A stretch of 25,538 nt of DNA, from contig JANPLU010000018.1 in NCBI GenBank assembly GCA_031422435.1, positions 1 to 25,538 of the forward strand, written 5' to 3'. This document shows, piece by piece, positions 1 to 8,514 of the stretch; position 1 is the first letter of the stretch, and every line of letters begins with the position of its first letter. The DNA comes from Acaryochloridaceae cyanobacterium VAR_48_metabat_390. Lineage in GTDB: Bacteria; Cyanobacteriota; Cyanobacteriia; Thermosynechococcales; Thermosynechococcaceae. The position numbers and the translations under genes were made by a program. Under the pieces are notes generated by a model. It saw only the letters and a program-made list of their open reading frames with translations, searched no databases and had not been told where the DNA came from.

Positions 1-1
1 G

Positions 2-127
2 ACGCAGCTTAGCAAGACGCTAGGGAATCCATTTTCTGTTAAAACGCAGCAGGTGGTCGCTGCTGCCAATCCTCCTTCCCTTCGAGCCGCTCTAATGTTG
101 GGCAGCCCAGAATTTATGCAGCGATAG
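2..127 (+). CDS. 3' end of DUF1800-family protein (partial, runs off window start)
   Basis: Frame 2 reads TQLSKTLGNPFSVKTQQVVAAANPPSLRAALMLGSPEFMQR*. The LxLGSPEFMxR C-terminus is typical of DUF1800, and it lies directly upstream of DUF1501, its usual partner. Confidence 0.85.
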   Translation, partial: TQLSKTLGNPFSVKTQQVVAAANPPSLRAALMLGSPEFMQR

Positions 128-175
128 TCCAGACTGAAACCTCCAAACTTACAATCAATCTCTAGGCTCAAACCC

Positions 176-1414
176 ATGAATAGACGTTACTTCCTCCAAC
201 AGGCTGCATTTACGACTACCTCAGCACTTGCTGCTATTGGAACGCATAGCTGGATTGCTCGATCAGCTGCTCAACCTTCTTCTTCAGCACCTAAACGACT
301 GATCGTGATTTTTCTGCGCGGTGCTGTTGATGGCTTAAACGTTGTTATACCTTACCGTGAAGCAGCCTATTACGAAAAACGACCTAAAATTGCGATCCCC
401 CAACCTAATAAAACAGGTGGTGCGCTAGAGCTAGATGGACAGTTTGGCCTGCACCCTGCTCTTGCACCCTTGATGCCGCTCTGGCAGCAAAAAAGTTTGG
501 CTTTCGTTCATGCTTCAGGTTCTCCTGCTCCCACGCGATCGCACTTTGAAGCTCAAGACAATATGGAGCGAGGAACACCTAATATTTTAACCACTCAAGA
601 TGGCTGGATGAACCGACTACTGGGTGTGATGTCTGATCGCAACCCGATTCAGGCGGTCAATGTTGGCAATACAACGCCTCGAATTTTAGCGGGTCGGGTT
701 CCTGTTGCGACGCTGGCGCTGGGTAGAGGAGCCGCAAAGCCGTTGCCCATTGATCTGTCTCAAGTTTCCTCTGCCTTTGATGGTCTTTATAACGGTAGTG
801 ATGCCGTCAGTCAGGCTTACAAGGAAGGACGCCTGGCCCGAAAAGCAATTTTGTCTAATTTAGACGAAGAGACCAAAATGGCGAACAATGGGGCACCGCT
901 GCCGAGTCGTTTTGCAGGCGATGCCCGACGACTGGCTCAAATGATGGTAAAAGATCCTAGGGTTAAGCTAGGGTTTATGGCGTTGGCGGGCTGGGATACG
1001 CACTTTAACCAAGGGGCAAGTCAAGGTCTACTGGCCCGTAACTTAGAGCAGTTGGGTAAAGGCTTGGCGGTACTGCAAACTACTCTAGGTCCAGTGTATA
1101 AAGATACAGCTATCTTAGTCATGTCGGAATTTGGTCGCACCGCCCATGAAAATGGGAATGGTGGTACCGATCATGGGCATGGCAATGTGATGTGGCTATT
1201 GGGAGGTGGCGTGCGCGGCGGCAAGATTTATGGCGATTGGCCAGGTCTTTCTGCAAATCAGCTTCACGAACAACGAGACTTAGCCATTACGACAGATTTT
1301 AGAGATGTCATTGCAGTTGCGTTAGCCCGTCATTTCACGCTTTCTGATAGTAATCTTAGTCAAATCTTGCCTAGCTATCGTCCACTTCAGGCTAATTTAC
1401 CGCTTTATTCTTAA
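176..1414 (+). CDS. DUF1501-family protein with twin-arginine (Tat) signal
   Basis: N-terminal MNRRYFL Tat motif; motifs IFLRGAVDGLN, RSHFEAQD, GWDTH, SEFGRT, GTDHG. Confidence 0.9.
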   Translation: MNRRYFLQQAAFTTTSALAAIGTHSWIARSAAQPSSSAPKRLIVIFLRGAVDGLNVVIPYREAAYYEKRPKIAIPQPNKTGGALELDGQFGLHPALAPLMPLWQQKSLAFVHASGSPAPTRSHFEAQDNMERGTPNILTTQDGWMNRLLGVMSDRNPIQAVNVGNTTPRILAGRVPVATLALGRGAAKPLPIDLSQVSSAFDGLYNGSDAVSQAYKEGRLARKAILSNLDEETKMANNGAPLPSRFAGDARRLAQMMVKDPRVKLGFMALAGWDTHFNQGASQGLLARNLEQLGKGLAVLQTTLGPVYKDTAILVMSEFGRTAHENGNGGTDHGHGNVMWLLGGGVRGGKIYGDWPGLSANQLHEQRDLAITTDFRDVIAVALARHFTLSDSNLSQILPSYRPLQANLPLYS

Positions 1415-1467
1415 CGCTCTTTAGGATCCAGTTTTGCAGTGAGTGTTGCCGCCAAGAGCTTAGTTTT

Positions 1468-1668
1468 CTACAGACTGGCCTTGGCTTCACGCGCTGCTGA
1501 AATAAACGTAAAGACCCCCAATGGCACACTCAACGCCAAAATTGTGATGGTCTGCCATTGTCCTAAAGATGGTTCACCGGAAGAAAGTTCAAACACGCAG
1601 CCTACGACAGCAATAAACGCAATGCAAGAGAACAAGAGTAAAATTCCGCTTTTTGTGGGTATGACCAT
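1468..1668 (-). CDS. Small two-TM membrane protein, conserved hypothetical
   Basis: 66 aa with two hydrophobic segments flanking VFELSSGEP; co-oriented just downstream of def. Confidence 0.75.
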   Translation of the reverse strand: MVIPTKSGILLLFSCIAFIAVVGCVFELSSGEPSLGQWQTITILALSVPLGVFTFISAAREAKASL

Positions 1669-1722
1669 AAAGTTCTCTAGATTAGCCCTGCACTCAGCTC
1701 AATTAGTTTATCAGCTTCACCC

Positions 1723-2283
1723 TTAGGTTGGTTTCACGGCCTGTTGAGAGAATCCATGTTTAGATAACTCTTGGTTAAGCAATAGCGCATTTTCGACCCG
1801 ATCCACAAACAGCACCCCTGAAAGGTGATCCATTTCGTGTTGGATGGCGCGAGACAGTAAGCCGATCGCCCGAATTGCCTGGGGACGACCGAGTTCATCT
1901 TTAAATGCAACCTCAATCATTTCGGGTCGCTTTACGTCGAGATACACCTCAGGAATGCTGAGACACCCTTCTTGAGAAACGGTAAAGTCTGTGCTTTTTT
2001 TACGAATGACGGGGTTGATTAAAATCAGTGGCGGGTTTGCCGCGTCTTCGGGTTCAATGTCTACCACAATGATTTGTTTGGCGATCCCCACCTGAGGGGC
2101 AGCCAAGCCAATGCCATCGGCACTGTACATCGTCCTCAGCATATTCTCCACAATTTGACGAACTTCCGCATCTACCTTGACAATCCGCTTTGCCGTTTGA
2201 CGCAGGACGCGATCGCCCAGGGTATGAATTTCGTAGGGAGGATGGTCAACTTTGCATTTATCGAAGGCGATTTCAGTGGTCAT
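1723..2283 (-). CDS. def: Peptide deformylase
   Basis: Motifs GIGLAAPQVG, EGCLS and QHEMDHL. ATG at 2283 (MTTEIAFDK) is preferred over the upstream TTG at 2325. Confidence 0.97.
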   Translation of the reverse strand: MTTEIAFDKCKVDHPPYEIHTLGDRVLRQTAKRIVKVDAEVRQIVENMLRTMYSADGIGLAAPQVGIAKQIIVVDIEPEDAANPPLILINPVIRKKSTDFTVSQEGCLSIPEVYLDVKRPEMIEVAFKDELGRPQAIRAIGLLSRAIQHEMDHLSGVLFVDRVENALLLNQELSKHGFSQQAVKPT

Positions 2284-2729
2284 AGGTTCTGAAAGGATTG
2301 AAGTTTTAGAGTGAAGTGCTGACAAGGCGTCAGCCTACAATTTTAGTCGATCTAGGCTTGAGATGACTGCCGAATCATGCCTTGTGTTAGACCTAGACCC
2401 CATGTGGCGCTGTATCGAAACGGGGCGAGTATCCAAAAATCCACTTGAATCTCAGACTATTATTTTAAATCGTGACTGGCTGCTGAGTTCTAATTGATTA
2501 TGGATTTACCGAGGCTCATGAACCTCGGATTGAATTGCTCTTGCCTAGTTTGCGTTTTAATCAGATCTGCTCTGCGCTTCTGGCATTTAAGCTATGGTGA
2601 GGTGGACAGCCTAAATTGATTTGCCTCATGCAATCTATGCCTTTAGGCAACAGATTTGGCTGAGAGACTTTATTGCTTGACTCTCATATTTGAGCAAGAT
2701 CACCATAAATTTTAACTGGAGAATTAATC

Positions 2730-2849
2730 ATGTCGAAAGAACAAAAAGGCAACAAAGAGTCTAAAAAAACGAAGTCAGCTACTGACGAAACAAAAAAACA
2801 TAAAAAAGATAAGAAAGATCCAAAAAGACACGATGGGCCAGCAAAGTAA
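2730..2849 (+). CDS. Lys-rich 39-aa microprotein (not in supplied ORF track)
   Basis: GGAG RBS (2718-2721) upstream of the ATG; translation MSKEQKGNKESKKTKSATDETKKHKKDKKDPKRHDGPAK*; about 400 bp of non-coding DNA upstream; converges on rca. Confidence 0.7.
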   Translation: MSKEQKGNKESKKTKSATDETKKHKKDKKDPKRHDGPAK

Positions 2850-2888
2850 GCCCCTGTAAGGTGAGGCCTTTGCGAACCCTTTCTATCT

Positions 2889-4169
2889 TTACTGAGGCGG
2901 TCGTACAATCATTTCCTCAAGCAGTCGCGTTTGGGTTTTGGGGTTGTAGCCAATCAGTTTGATGTAGCTGCGAGGGTTCGCTTTAATGCAGTCCATAATC
3001 CCTTCAACCGCTTTCCCTGCATTATCCGGTGCCTGACGCCAAGGCCAGCTTCGCCAAATATTGCCAGACTTTTCTCGTGGCGACGCTATTTCTAAACTGA
3101 GCCGTCCACCTTTTCGTAAAGACTGCTCTAGCAATCGCTCGATAGGGGCAATAGAGACATGACTTGGCCAGTCTTGGGGTGGCGTAACTGCCGCGAAGTC
3201 AACAGCAGCTTTATACTCTAGCGGACGTTCTAAAGCAGCCGCTTTTTGACTACTATTGTGAACGGTTTGTTTGGGTTCTGCCGTTAAGCCTTGCCCAGAG
3301 ACGTGTTCTTGGGCAAGCTGCGATCGCACCAGTCTATTTTGCTCTGTTACCATCTCAGACCCCAGCGCAATTAGGTGATCTAAGGTCACTTGTGCTTTGA
3401 CTGCGCTTAGGGTTTTGTCGGGGTTATTGACCAAATGAGACGACACGCGGTCTACCCCTACCTGCCGAATAAATGCGCGAACCTGCTCATCGTAAACCCG
3501 CGATCGCAGGGCACCAAAGAAGTCTACAGACTGGCTAGGGAACGTTGCCACAAGCCTATCTATGTCGGCAGCAGACAGACGATCTTCTTCAAAGATGCCT
3601 GCCACAATGCCAAGGCGATCTTCAAGAGAGGGTTCCCAGTAAAACTTATCCATGCGTCCATCTCGTACCAGCGGCGCATAGAGGGTCGAAAAATCATTCC
3701 CCGTTACAATAATGGGCACCCGTGGCGTGGGTTCGGTTTCGTAGCTGCCTGGGAGCTGTACGTCGGTTGGGTTATCGGCAATATTCATCAGCGTGCCGTT
3801 CACGAGCTGGGTGTTAACGGTATACTGCGTGGTTTTGTCAATTCGACCCGCGCCAGCGTCTAAGTCATTAATGAGCAGCACACACATCTTGCCGCGCACC
3901 TTAATAAGATCGGCTGCTTCTCGATAGCGCGAGCGAATCAGCCGCACCGGATCGCCTGCATCAGGGCTTTCTAGTTCACCTGCCGACATCCGCACAGGCT
4001 CTATGCCCATAAGCTTAAACACCAGCTCACACTGAAACGATTTCCCCTCGCCCTTGCGTCCATGCACGCCCAAAATGACCGGAACCCGAACGCCGGGCAG
4101 ATCCATAAAGTTTTTGGTAATGTGAATCGCAACTTTATCGAGAAAGCGAGGTGAGACGTAATAACTCAT
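2889..4169 (-). CDS. rca: Rubisco activase-like AAA+ protein (ALC/Rca) with C-terminal Rubisco small-subunit-like (SSUL) domain
   Basis: Walker A GRKGEGKS, activase-type LLINDLDAGAGR, TQYTVNTQLVNGTLMNIADNPT, TGNDFSTLYAPLVRDGRMDKFYW; C-terminal YIKLIGYNP SSUL-like domain after a low-complexity linker. Confidence 0.95.
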   Translation of the reverse strand: MSYYVSPRFLDKVAIHITKNFMDLPGVRVPVILGVHGRKGEGKSFQCELVFKLMGIEPVRMSAGELESPDAGDPVRLIRSRYREAADLIKVRGKMCVLLINDLDAGAGRIDKTTQYTVNTQLVNGTLMNIADNPTDVQLPGSYETEPTPRVPIIVTGNDFSTLYAPLVRDGRMDKFYWEPSLEDRLGIVAGIFEEDRLSAADIDRLVATFPSQSVDFFGALRSRVYDEQVRAFIRQVGVDRVSSHLVNNPDKTLSAVKAQVTLDHLIALGSEMVTEQNRLVRSQLAQEHVSGQGLTAEPKQTVHNSSQKAAALERPLEYKAAVDFAAVTPPQDWPSHVSIAPIERLLEQSLRKGGRLSLEIASPREKSGNIWRSWPWRQAPDNAGKAVEGIMDCIKANPRSYIKLIGYNPKTQTRLLEEMIVRPPQ

Positions 4170-4271
4170 TGCAGATTCAGCGTGTAGACCTTCTCCATTA
4201 TGAAGCGTGGTGCGCTCCCAACAGGAACGATTTTCAAGAGTCTCAGCTTTATCCCTTTTACGAGAAAACTA

Positions 4272-4284
4272 GTATACTGTATAC
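4272..4284. promoter_or_regulatory. Putative operator GTATAC-T-GTATAC in the divergent rca/amidohydrolase region
   Basis: Perfect odd-centred palindrome flanked by A tracts, about 80 bp upstream of the amidohydrolase ATG; resembles GntR-family GTATAC boxes. Confidence 0.5.
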
Positions 4285-4366
4285 AAAAAACTCAGTTTTT
4301 AAGTAATCGCCATGTTAAGGTAAAGCGCTGCTTAAAAGCATTTAGTTGATAGAGCAAGAAATTGTC

Positions 4367-5611
4367 ATGACCGTTATTTCAATGCTTTCGGTAAACTGCG
4401 ATCGCCTCAACCGCAGTCTGTTCCAGCTTGCAGAAATTGGGAAGCTGCCCAATGAAGGGGTTTGTCGCCTTGCCTTTAGCACAGAAGATCTGCTGGCGCG
4501 ACAGTTGGTGCAGTCGTGGATGGTGGAAGCAGGCATGACGGTTTGCACAGACAAGGCCGGAAACATTATCGGTCGATATGCGGGGCGTTCTGAACAGGCC
4601 GCAGCCTTAGCAACAGGCTCTCATATAGATACCGTTCCGGTAGGAGGCCGCTATGACGGGTGCTTGGGCGTACTAGCAGGCATTGAAATGGTGCGGGTGC
4701 TGCATGAAAACAACGTGAGGCTAAACCACCCTATTGAAGTCATTGTGTTTACCGATGAAGAGCGCTCTGTCATTGGCGCAAAAGCAATGGCAGGGGAAAT
4801 TCAAGAAGGCCCAGACTACTACGTGCGCTTAGATGGCACCTCCATTCAAGCTTGCCTCACCAAAATTGGCGGGGACTGGTCGAAGATTGCCACGGCAAAA
4901 CGCGATCGCACAGAGGTTGCGGCCTTTGTAGAACTGCACGTTGAGCAGGGCGGTGTGCTAGAGAACATGGGCACTGCCATTGGTGTCGTAGACGGCATTG
5001 TGGGTCAGTATCGTTTTGCCGTTACCGTTGTAGGCCGAATGAACCATGCAGGCACCACGCCGATGTCTATGCGTAAAGATGCGTTGGTTGCCGCTGCGCA
5101 GGTGGTGCTGGCGGTCAACAAAATTGCCATAGAAACCCTAGGCGATCAGGTAGCAACTGTTGGCTGCCTTAATGTTTCACCCAACGCGACTAATACGGTT
5201 CCGGGCAGGGTGGATCTTAGAATTGACCTGCGAGATCTGTCTCAGGCGCATCTGGAGTATCTGGTTACGCTGATGGAGACAGAATTTGCGGCGATCGCCA
5301 CTGCCACCGACACCCAAATTACAATGCGCGAAACGCTCCATATTTTGCCTACCCTAGCGGCACCTCACATTAAAGACCTCATTCAGCAGGTTTGTGAAAA
5401 GGTGGGCTTGAGCTACCTCCATCTCCCCAGTCGTGCCGGACACGATGCCCAAGAAATAGGGCGCTTTACCGAGATGGGCATGATTTTTGTGCCCAGTCGA
5501 GACGGCCTCAGTCATTCTGAAGCTGAATATACGTCGCCTGAGCAGTGTGCGCAAGGTGCCAATATTCTTCTCCAAACATTTCTGGCATTAGATCAGCGAT
5601 ACGCGATTTGA
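4367..5611 (+). CDS. M20-family Zn-dependent amidohydrolase (allantoate amidohydrolase / N-carbamoyl-amino acid hydrolase-like)
   Basis: Motifs GSHIDTV, GRYDG, FTDEE, ELHVEQG, HAGTTPM, AGHDA, SHSEAE; near uraH/uraD. ATG at 4367 preferred. Confidence 0.9.
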   Translation: MTVISMLSVNCDRLNRSLFQLAEIGKLPNEGVCRLAFSTEDLLARQLVQSWMVEAGMTVCTDKAGNIIGRYAGRSEQAAALATGSHIDTVPVGGRYDGCLGVLAGIEMVRVLHENNVRLNHPIEVIVFTDEERSVIGAKAMAGEIQEGPDYYVRLDGTSIQACLTKIGGDWSKIATAKRDRTEVAAFVELHVEQGGVLENMGTAIGVVDGIVGQYRFAVTVVGRMNHAGTTPMSMRKDALVAAAQVVLAVNKIAIETLGDQVATVGCLNVSPNATNTVPGRVDLRIDLRDLSQAHLEYLVTLMETEFAAIATATDTQITMRETLHILPTLAAPHIKDLIQQVCEKVGLSYLHLPSRAGHDAQEIGRFTEMGMIFVPSRDGLSHSEAEYTSPEQCAQGANILLQTFLALDQRYAI

Positions 5612-5649
5612 TCCGCTTCCCTTAGCCAGTCAGGTATGTTCAAGAATCC

Positions 5650-5672
5650 AATCGAGCAACACCTACTCGATT
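5650..5672. terminator. Possible hairpin between convergent amidohydrolase and helicase genes
   Basis: AATCGAG...CTCGATT 7-bp inverted repeat, extending to 9 bp with one G-U pair on the minus strand; no strong U tract. Confidence 0.3.
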
Positions 5673-5806
5673 CATAAGTGAAATAAAGGCGTATTCACAA
5701 TTGCCACAGCAGAAACGTCATCGAATGGTCAAGAATTTGTTATCGCAGCGGACGATCACTCGTTCATGAAAAATCTTGAGTGCTTCTTTAGATACCTCTC
5801 ATACTT

Positions 5807-8005
5807 CTAACCGTTCACAATGCTGCGAAGTGCTTCCCAAGCATTTTGCGTATCTAAATGACTGGCAGCATAGTTAAAGCACAGTAGCTCATCACTCAAA
5901 AACTGATCGTGCTTCTCTAAGCGTTTGTTAGAAACTGTTGCGGCTAAAGTAATCGCATCTGCTGCACCTTCATCTACCAACTCGCCAAGGTGCATCATGA
6001 GTTCTGCGGGGGAGACTTTTTGGACAGCGATCGCCCCATCATCTCGCCCTACCTTCAGCCCCCGCGCCACCAACTGCACCAAAATCGTATTCAGCACCAC
6101 ATCGCCCTGCCAGCAAAATAAAAGCGTTTGCTTACCCTGATCAATCACAGCGGTTTTTTCTAAACCATAGGCTGCAAAATTAGCGCGGGCTTCTGCCAAT
6201 AAAGCTTGAGCCGTTGAGTCTAAAAAGGCTGGAACCTCTTCACTGCAATAGAGGCGAAACATCTCTTGGCGGATTCGATCATGCACTTGCCCGACGCCAC
6301 CGCTAAACTTAGGTCGCTTTGCCGTTGTAGATTCTTCTACCTCTACAATCCGCTCAAAATCATCTACCGTTAGCGCTCGCCATCGCTTGCCGCCAAATAT
6401 AAAAAGAGTGTTGGCAAGGAGCGGAATATTGGTCGGGAGTGTGCCTAAAGACTTGCCCTGATGCAAAATCCGGTATTCTTGGGGCGTTGCAAAGGCGCTG
6501 TAGAAACTGTAGTGGCTAACCATGCGATCACCTTTCTCCCCCAGCAGCAAACTTTTATCTTCACTTTGCAAGATCAGATCATGCTGCCCCAAGCATTTCA
6601 ACAGCCGCATAAACATCCCCTGATCCACCGACCGAAATGGCCCAGTCCCGCACAGGACTTGCCACGCGCAGTCAGGACGGATACCGCCCTGCTGAGCAAT
6701 GAGTGAAAGCAACTGCTGAATGAGCGTAGAAAGATGCAATTTATGAATAATCGGCGGTTCACACCAGCCCTCTAGCAGCAGCTTTAGAATTGCCGTCATC
6801 TGTACCAGTTCTGGATAGAGCGCATCCTGCGGGTCAAGATCAAACTCTGCGTCAGGGACAGTAACGTAAAACCGCGCGATCGCCGGATCCCCTGCCCGTC
6901 GGCCTGAGCGCCCAATGCGCTGGCGCATACTCGCCACTGAAAAGGGTGCGCCCACTTGGGCAATAGAAAGAACCGCACCAACATCAATCCCCATTTCGAG
7001 GGTGGTGGTACAGACGAGGTTAGAAGGGCGATCGCTTCTAAGATAGGCTTCGGCTTCTTCTCGCAGTTCTTTAGAGAGGCTGCCGTGGTGAGGCCAAAAC
7101 TCATTGGGAACCTGCGCCTGTTCGCAGTGGCGGCGCAGCAGGTCTGCATACTTCTCCACACTGCCGCGACCGTTCATAAAGATCAGATTGCGGGTCCCTC
7201 GGAGGGTGTTAAACAGATGCTGGCTAATTTCGAGTTCATCGCGGGAGGCATCCGTTGCGCCCGTTTGCAAGGTTTCCCAGTCTGCCAGAGTTTTGCGATA
7301 GCCCCGCATCTGTATCTTGAGTTCGCCACCGCCGCTAGAAGGCGCAATTAGCTGTACGGCTTCTGACAGACCTGGGCGCAAAAACTGCGCGGCTAAGGAC
7401 ATATTGCCTAAGGTGGCGCTGAGACCAATGCGGGGAATAACGCGATCTAGGGCAGTGTCTAGACGGTGCATCAAAGACTGTAGCTGTCTGCCCCGCTCAC
7501 TACCAATAAAGCAGTGCATTTCGTCAATGGTGATGTAGTGCAGGTTTGCCAGCAGTGTGGGTAAAGCAGAACCCCGCAGCGCCAGGAGCGCTTCTAAAGA
7601 TTCCGGCGTGATCAGCACAATCCCTTCGGGTTTTTTAAGTACCTTTTGCTTTTTGCTGGAGGCAATGTCTCCATGCCAAGGCGTGACGAGAATGTTGAGG
7701 CGATCGCCAATTTCCGAAAGTCGCCGATGCTGGTCGTTAATGAGTGCCTTAAGGGGGCTAATACCCAGCACCCGAATCCCTAGGGCTGGCTCCTGCAACA
7801 GCCTCGAAAAAATAGGGAGAAAGGCGGCTTCGGTTTTGCCTCCGGCGGTAGCAGCAGAGATGATGAGGTCGGTATTGCCAGAGAGAATGGGGGCGATCGT
7901 CTGTTCCTGAATCGGTCGTAGCTTATCCCAACCCTGCGCCCAGATCCAGCGCTGAACTGCTTCGTGAAGCTGTACTGATGACGGTTGAGAGGTTTGATCG
8001 CTCAT
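5807..8005 (-). CDS. SF2 DEAD/DEAH-box helicase, Lhr-like (resembles Shango SngC)
   Basis: Q motif LRPIQ, motif I AATAGGKTEAAF, SPLKALINDQ, TPESLE, DEMH, LSAT, HHGSLS, TTTLEMGIDVG, QRIGRSGRR; ~730 aa with N-terminal QRWIWAQGW. ATG at 8005 or TTG at 8014. Confidence 0.9.
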   Translation of the reverse strand: MSDQTSQPSSVQLHEAVQRWIWAQGWDKLRPIQEQTIAPILSGNTDLIISAATAGGKTEAAFLPIFSRLLQEPALGIRVLGISPLKALINDQHRRLSEIGDRLNILVTPWHGDIASSKKQKVLKKPEGIVLITPESLEALLALRGSALPTLLANLHYITIDEMHCFIGSERGRQLQSLMHRLDTALDRVIPRIGLSATLGNMSLAAQFLRPGLSEAVQLIAPSSGGGELKIQMRGYRKTLADWETLQTGATDASRDELEISQHLFNTLRGTRNLIFMNGRGSVEKYADLLRRHCEQAQVPNEFWPHHGSLSKELREEAEAYLRSDRPSNLVCTTTLEMGIDVGAVLSIAQVGAPFSVASMRQRIGRSGRRAGDPAIARFYVTVPDAEFDLDPQDALYPELVQMTAILKLLLEGWCEPPIIHKLHLSTLIQQLLSLIAQQGGIRPDCAWQVLCGTGPFRSVDQGMFMRLLKCLGQHDLILQSEDKSLLLGEKGDRMVSHYSFYSAFATPQEYRILHQGKSLGTLPTNIPLLANTLFIFGGKRWRALTVDDFERIVEVEESTTAKRPKFSGGVGQVHDRIRQEMFRLYCSEEVPAFLDSTAQALLAEARANFAAYGLEKTAVIDQGKQTLLFCWQGDVVLNTILVQLVARGLKVGRDDGAIAVQKVSPAELMMHLGELVDEGAADAITLAATVSNKRLEKHDQFLSDELLCFNYAASHLDTQNAWEALRSIVNG

Positions 8006-8148
8006 TATGCTCAAAAGTTAGCATGAATGGGAAAGTATAGGTCAATTCAGACTTATTCCTCAAAGCCCCTAAAATTGACCTAACAGGTTACTGACCAAGG
8101 GTTGTTTGGTCATAGCAACTGGAATAAACCCGACACAACATTAACGGT

Positions 8149-8511
8149 ATGACAGGTAAGCTCACCACCCACGTTTTAGATACAGCTTTTGGACAACCCG
8201 CAGCCCAGATGACAGTGGAACTATGGTCGATCCAGAAAAATCCTACACAAAGCATCCTGCTCAAAACAGTAGCCACTAACAGTGATGGACGGACGGATGC
8301 GCCCTTACTCCTAGGGGATGAGTTTCAAGCGGGGGTGTACGAACTTGTGTTTGCCGTTGGCACCTACTTTGCAGATAAAGCCAATCTCTCTTCAGAGTTT
8401 CCTTTTTTAGATCAGGTGCCCATTCGGTTTGGCATTGCAGATACTTCGGTACATTATCATGTGCCTCTTCTGACTTCGCCTTGGGCTTACAGCACCTATC
8501 GAGGAAGTTGA
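8149..8511 (+). CDS. uraH: 5-hydroxyisourate hydrolase (transthyretin-like)
   Basis: [21 protein letters not shown] and the diagnostic C-terminal YRGS. Confidence 0.97.
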   Translation: MTGKLTTHVLDTAFGQPAAQMTVELWSIQKNPTQSILLKTVATNSDGRTDAPLLLGDEFQAGVYELVFAVGTYFADKANLSSEFPFLDQVPIRFGIADTSVHYHVPLLTSPWAYSTYRGS

Positions 8512-8514
8512 CCA

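Noticed and set aside
2684..2908. 74-aa minus-strand ORF
   Set aside because: A Phe/Leu-rich shadow of the A-rich plus-strand microprotein, which has the RBS.
4272..4284. NtcA site upstream of the amidohydrolase
   Set aside because: Spacing is GTA-N7-TAC, not the canonical N8.
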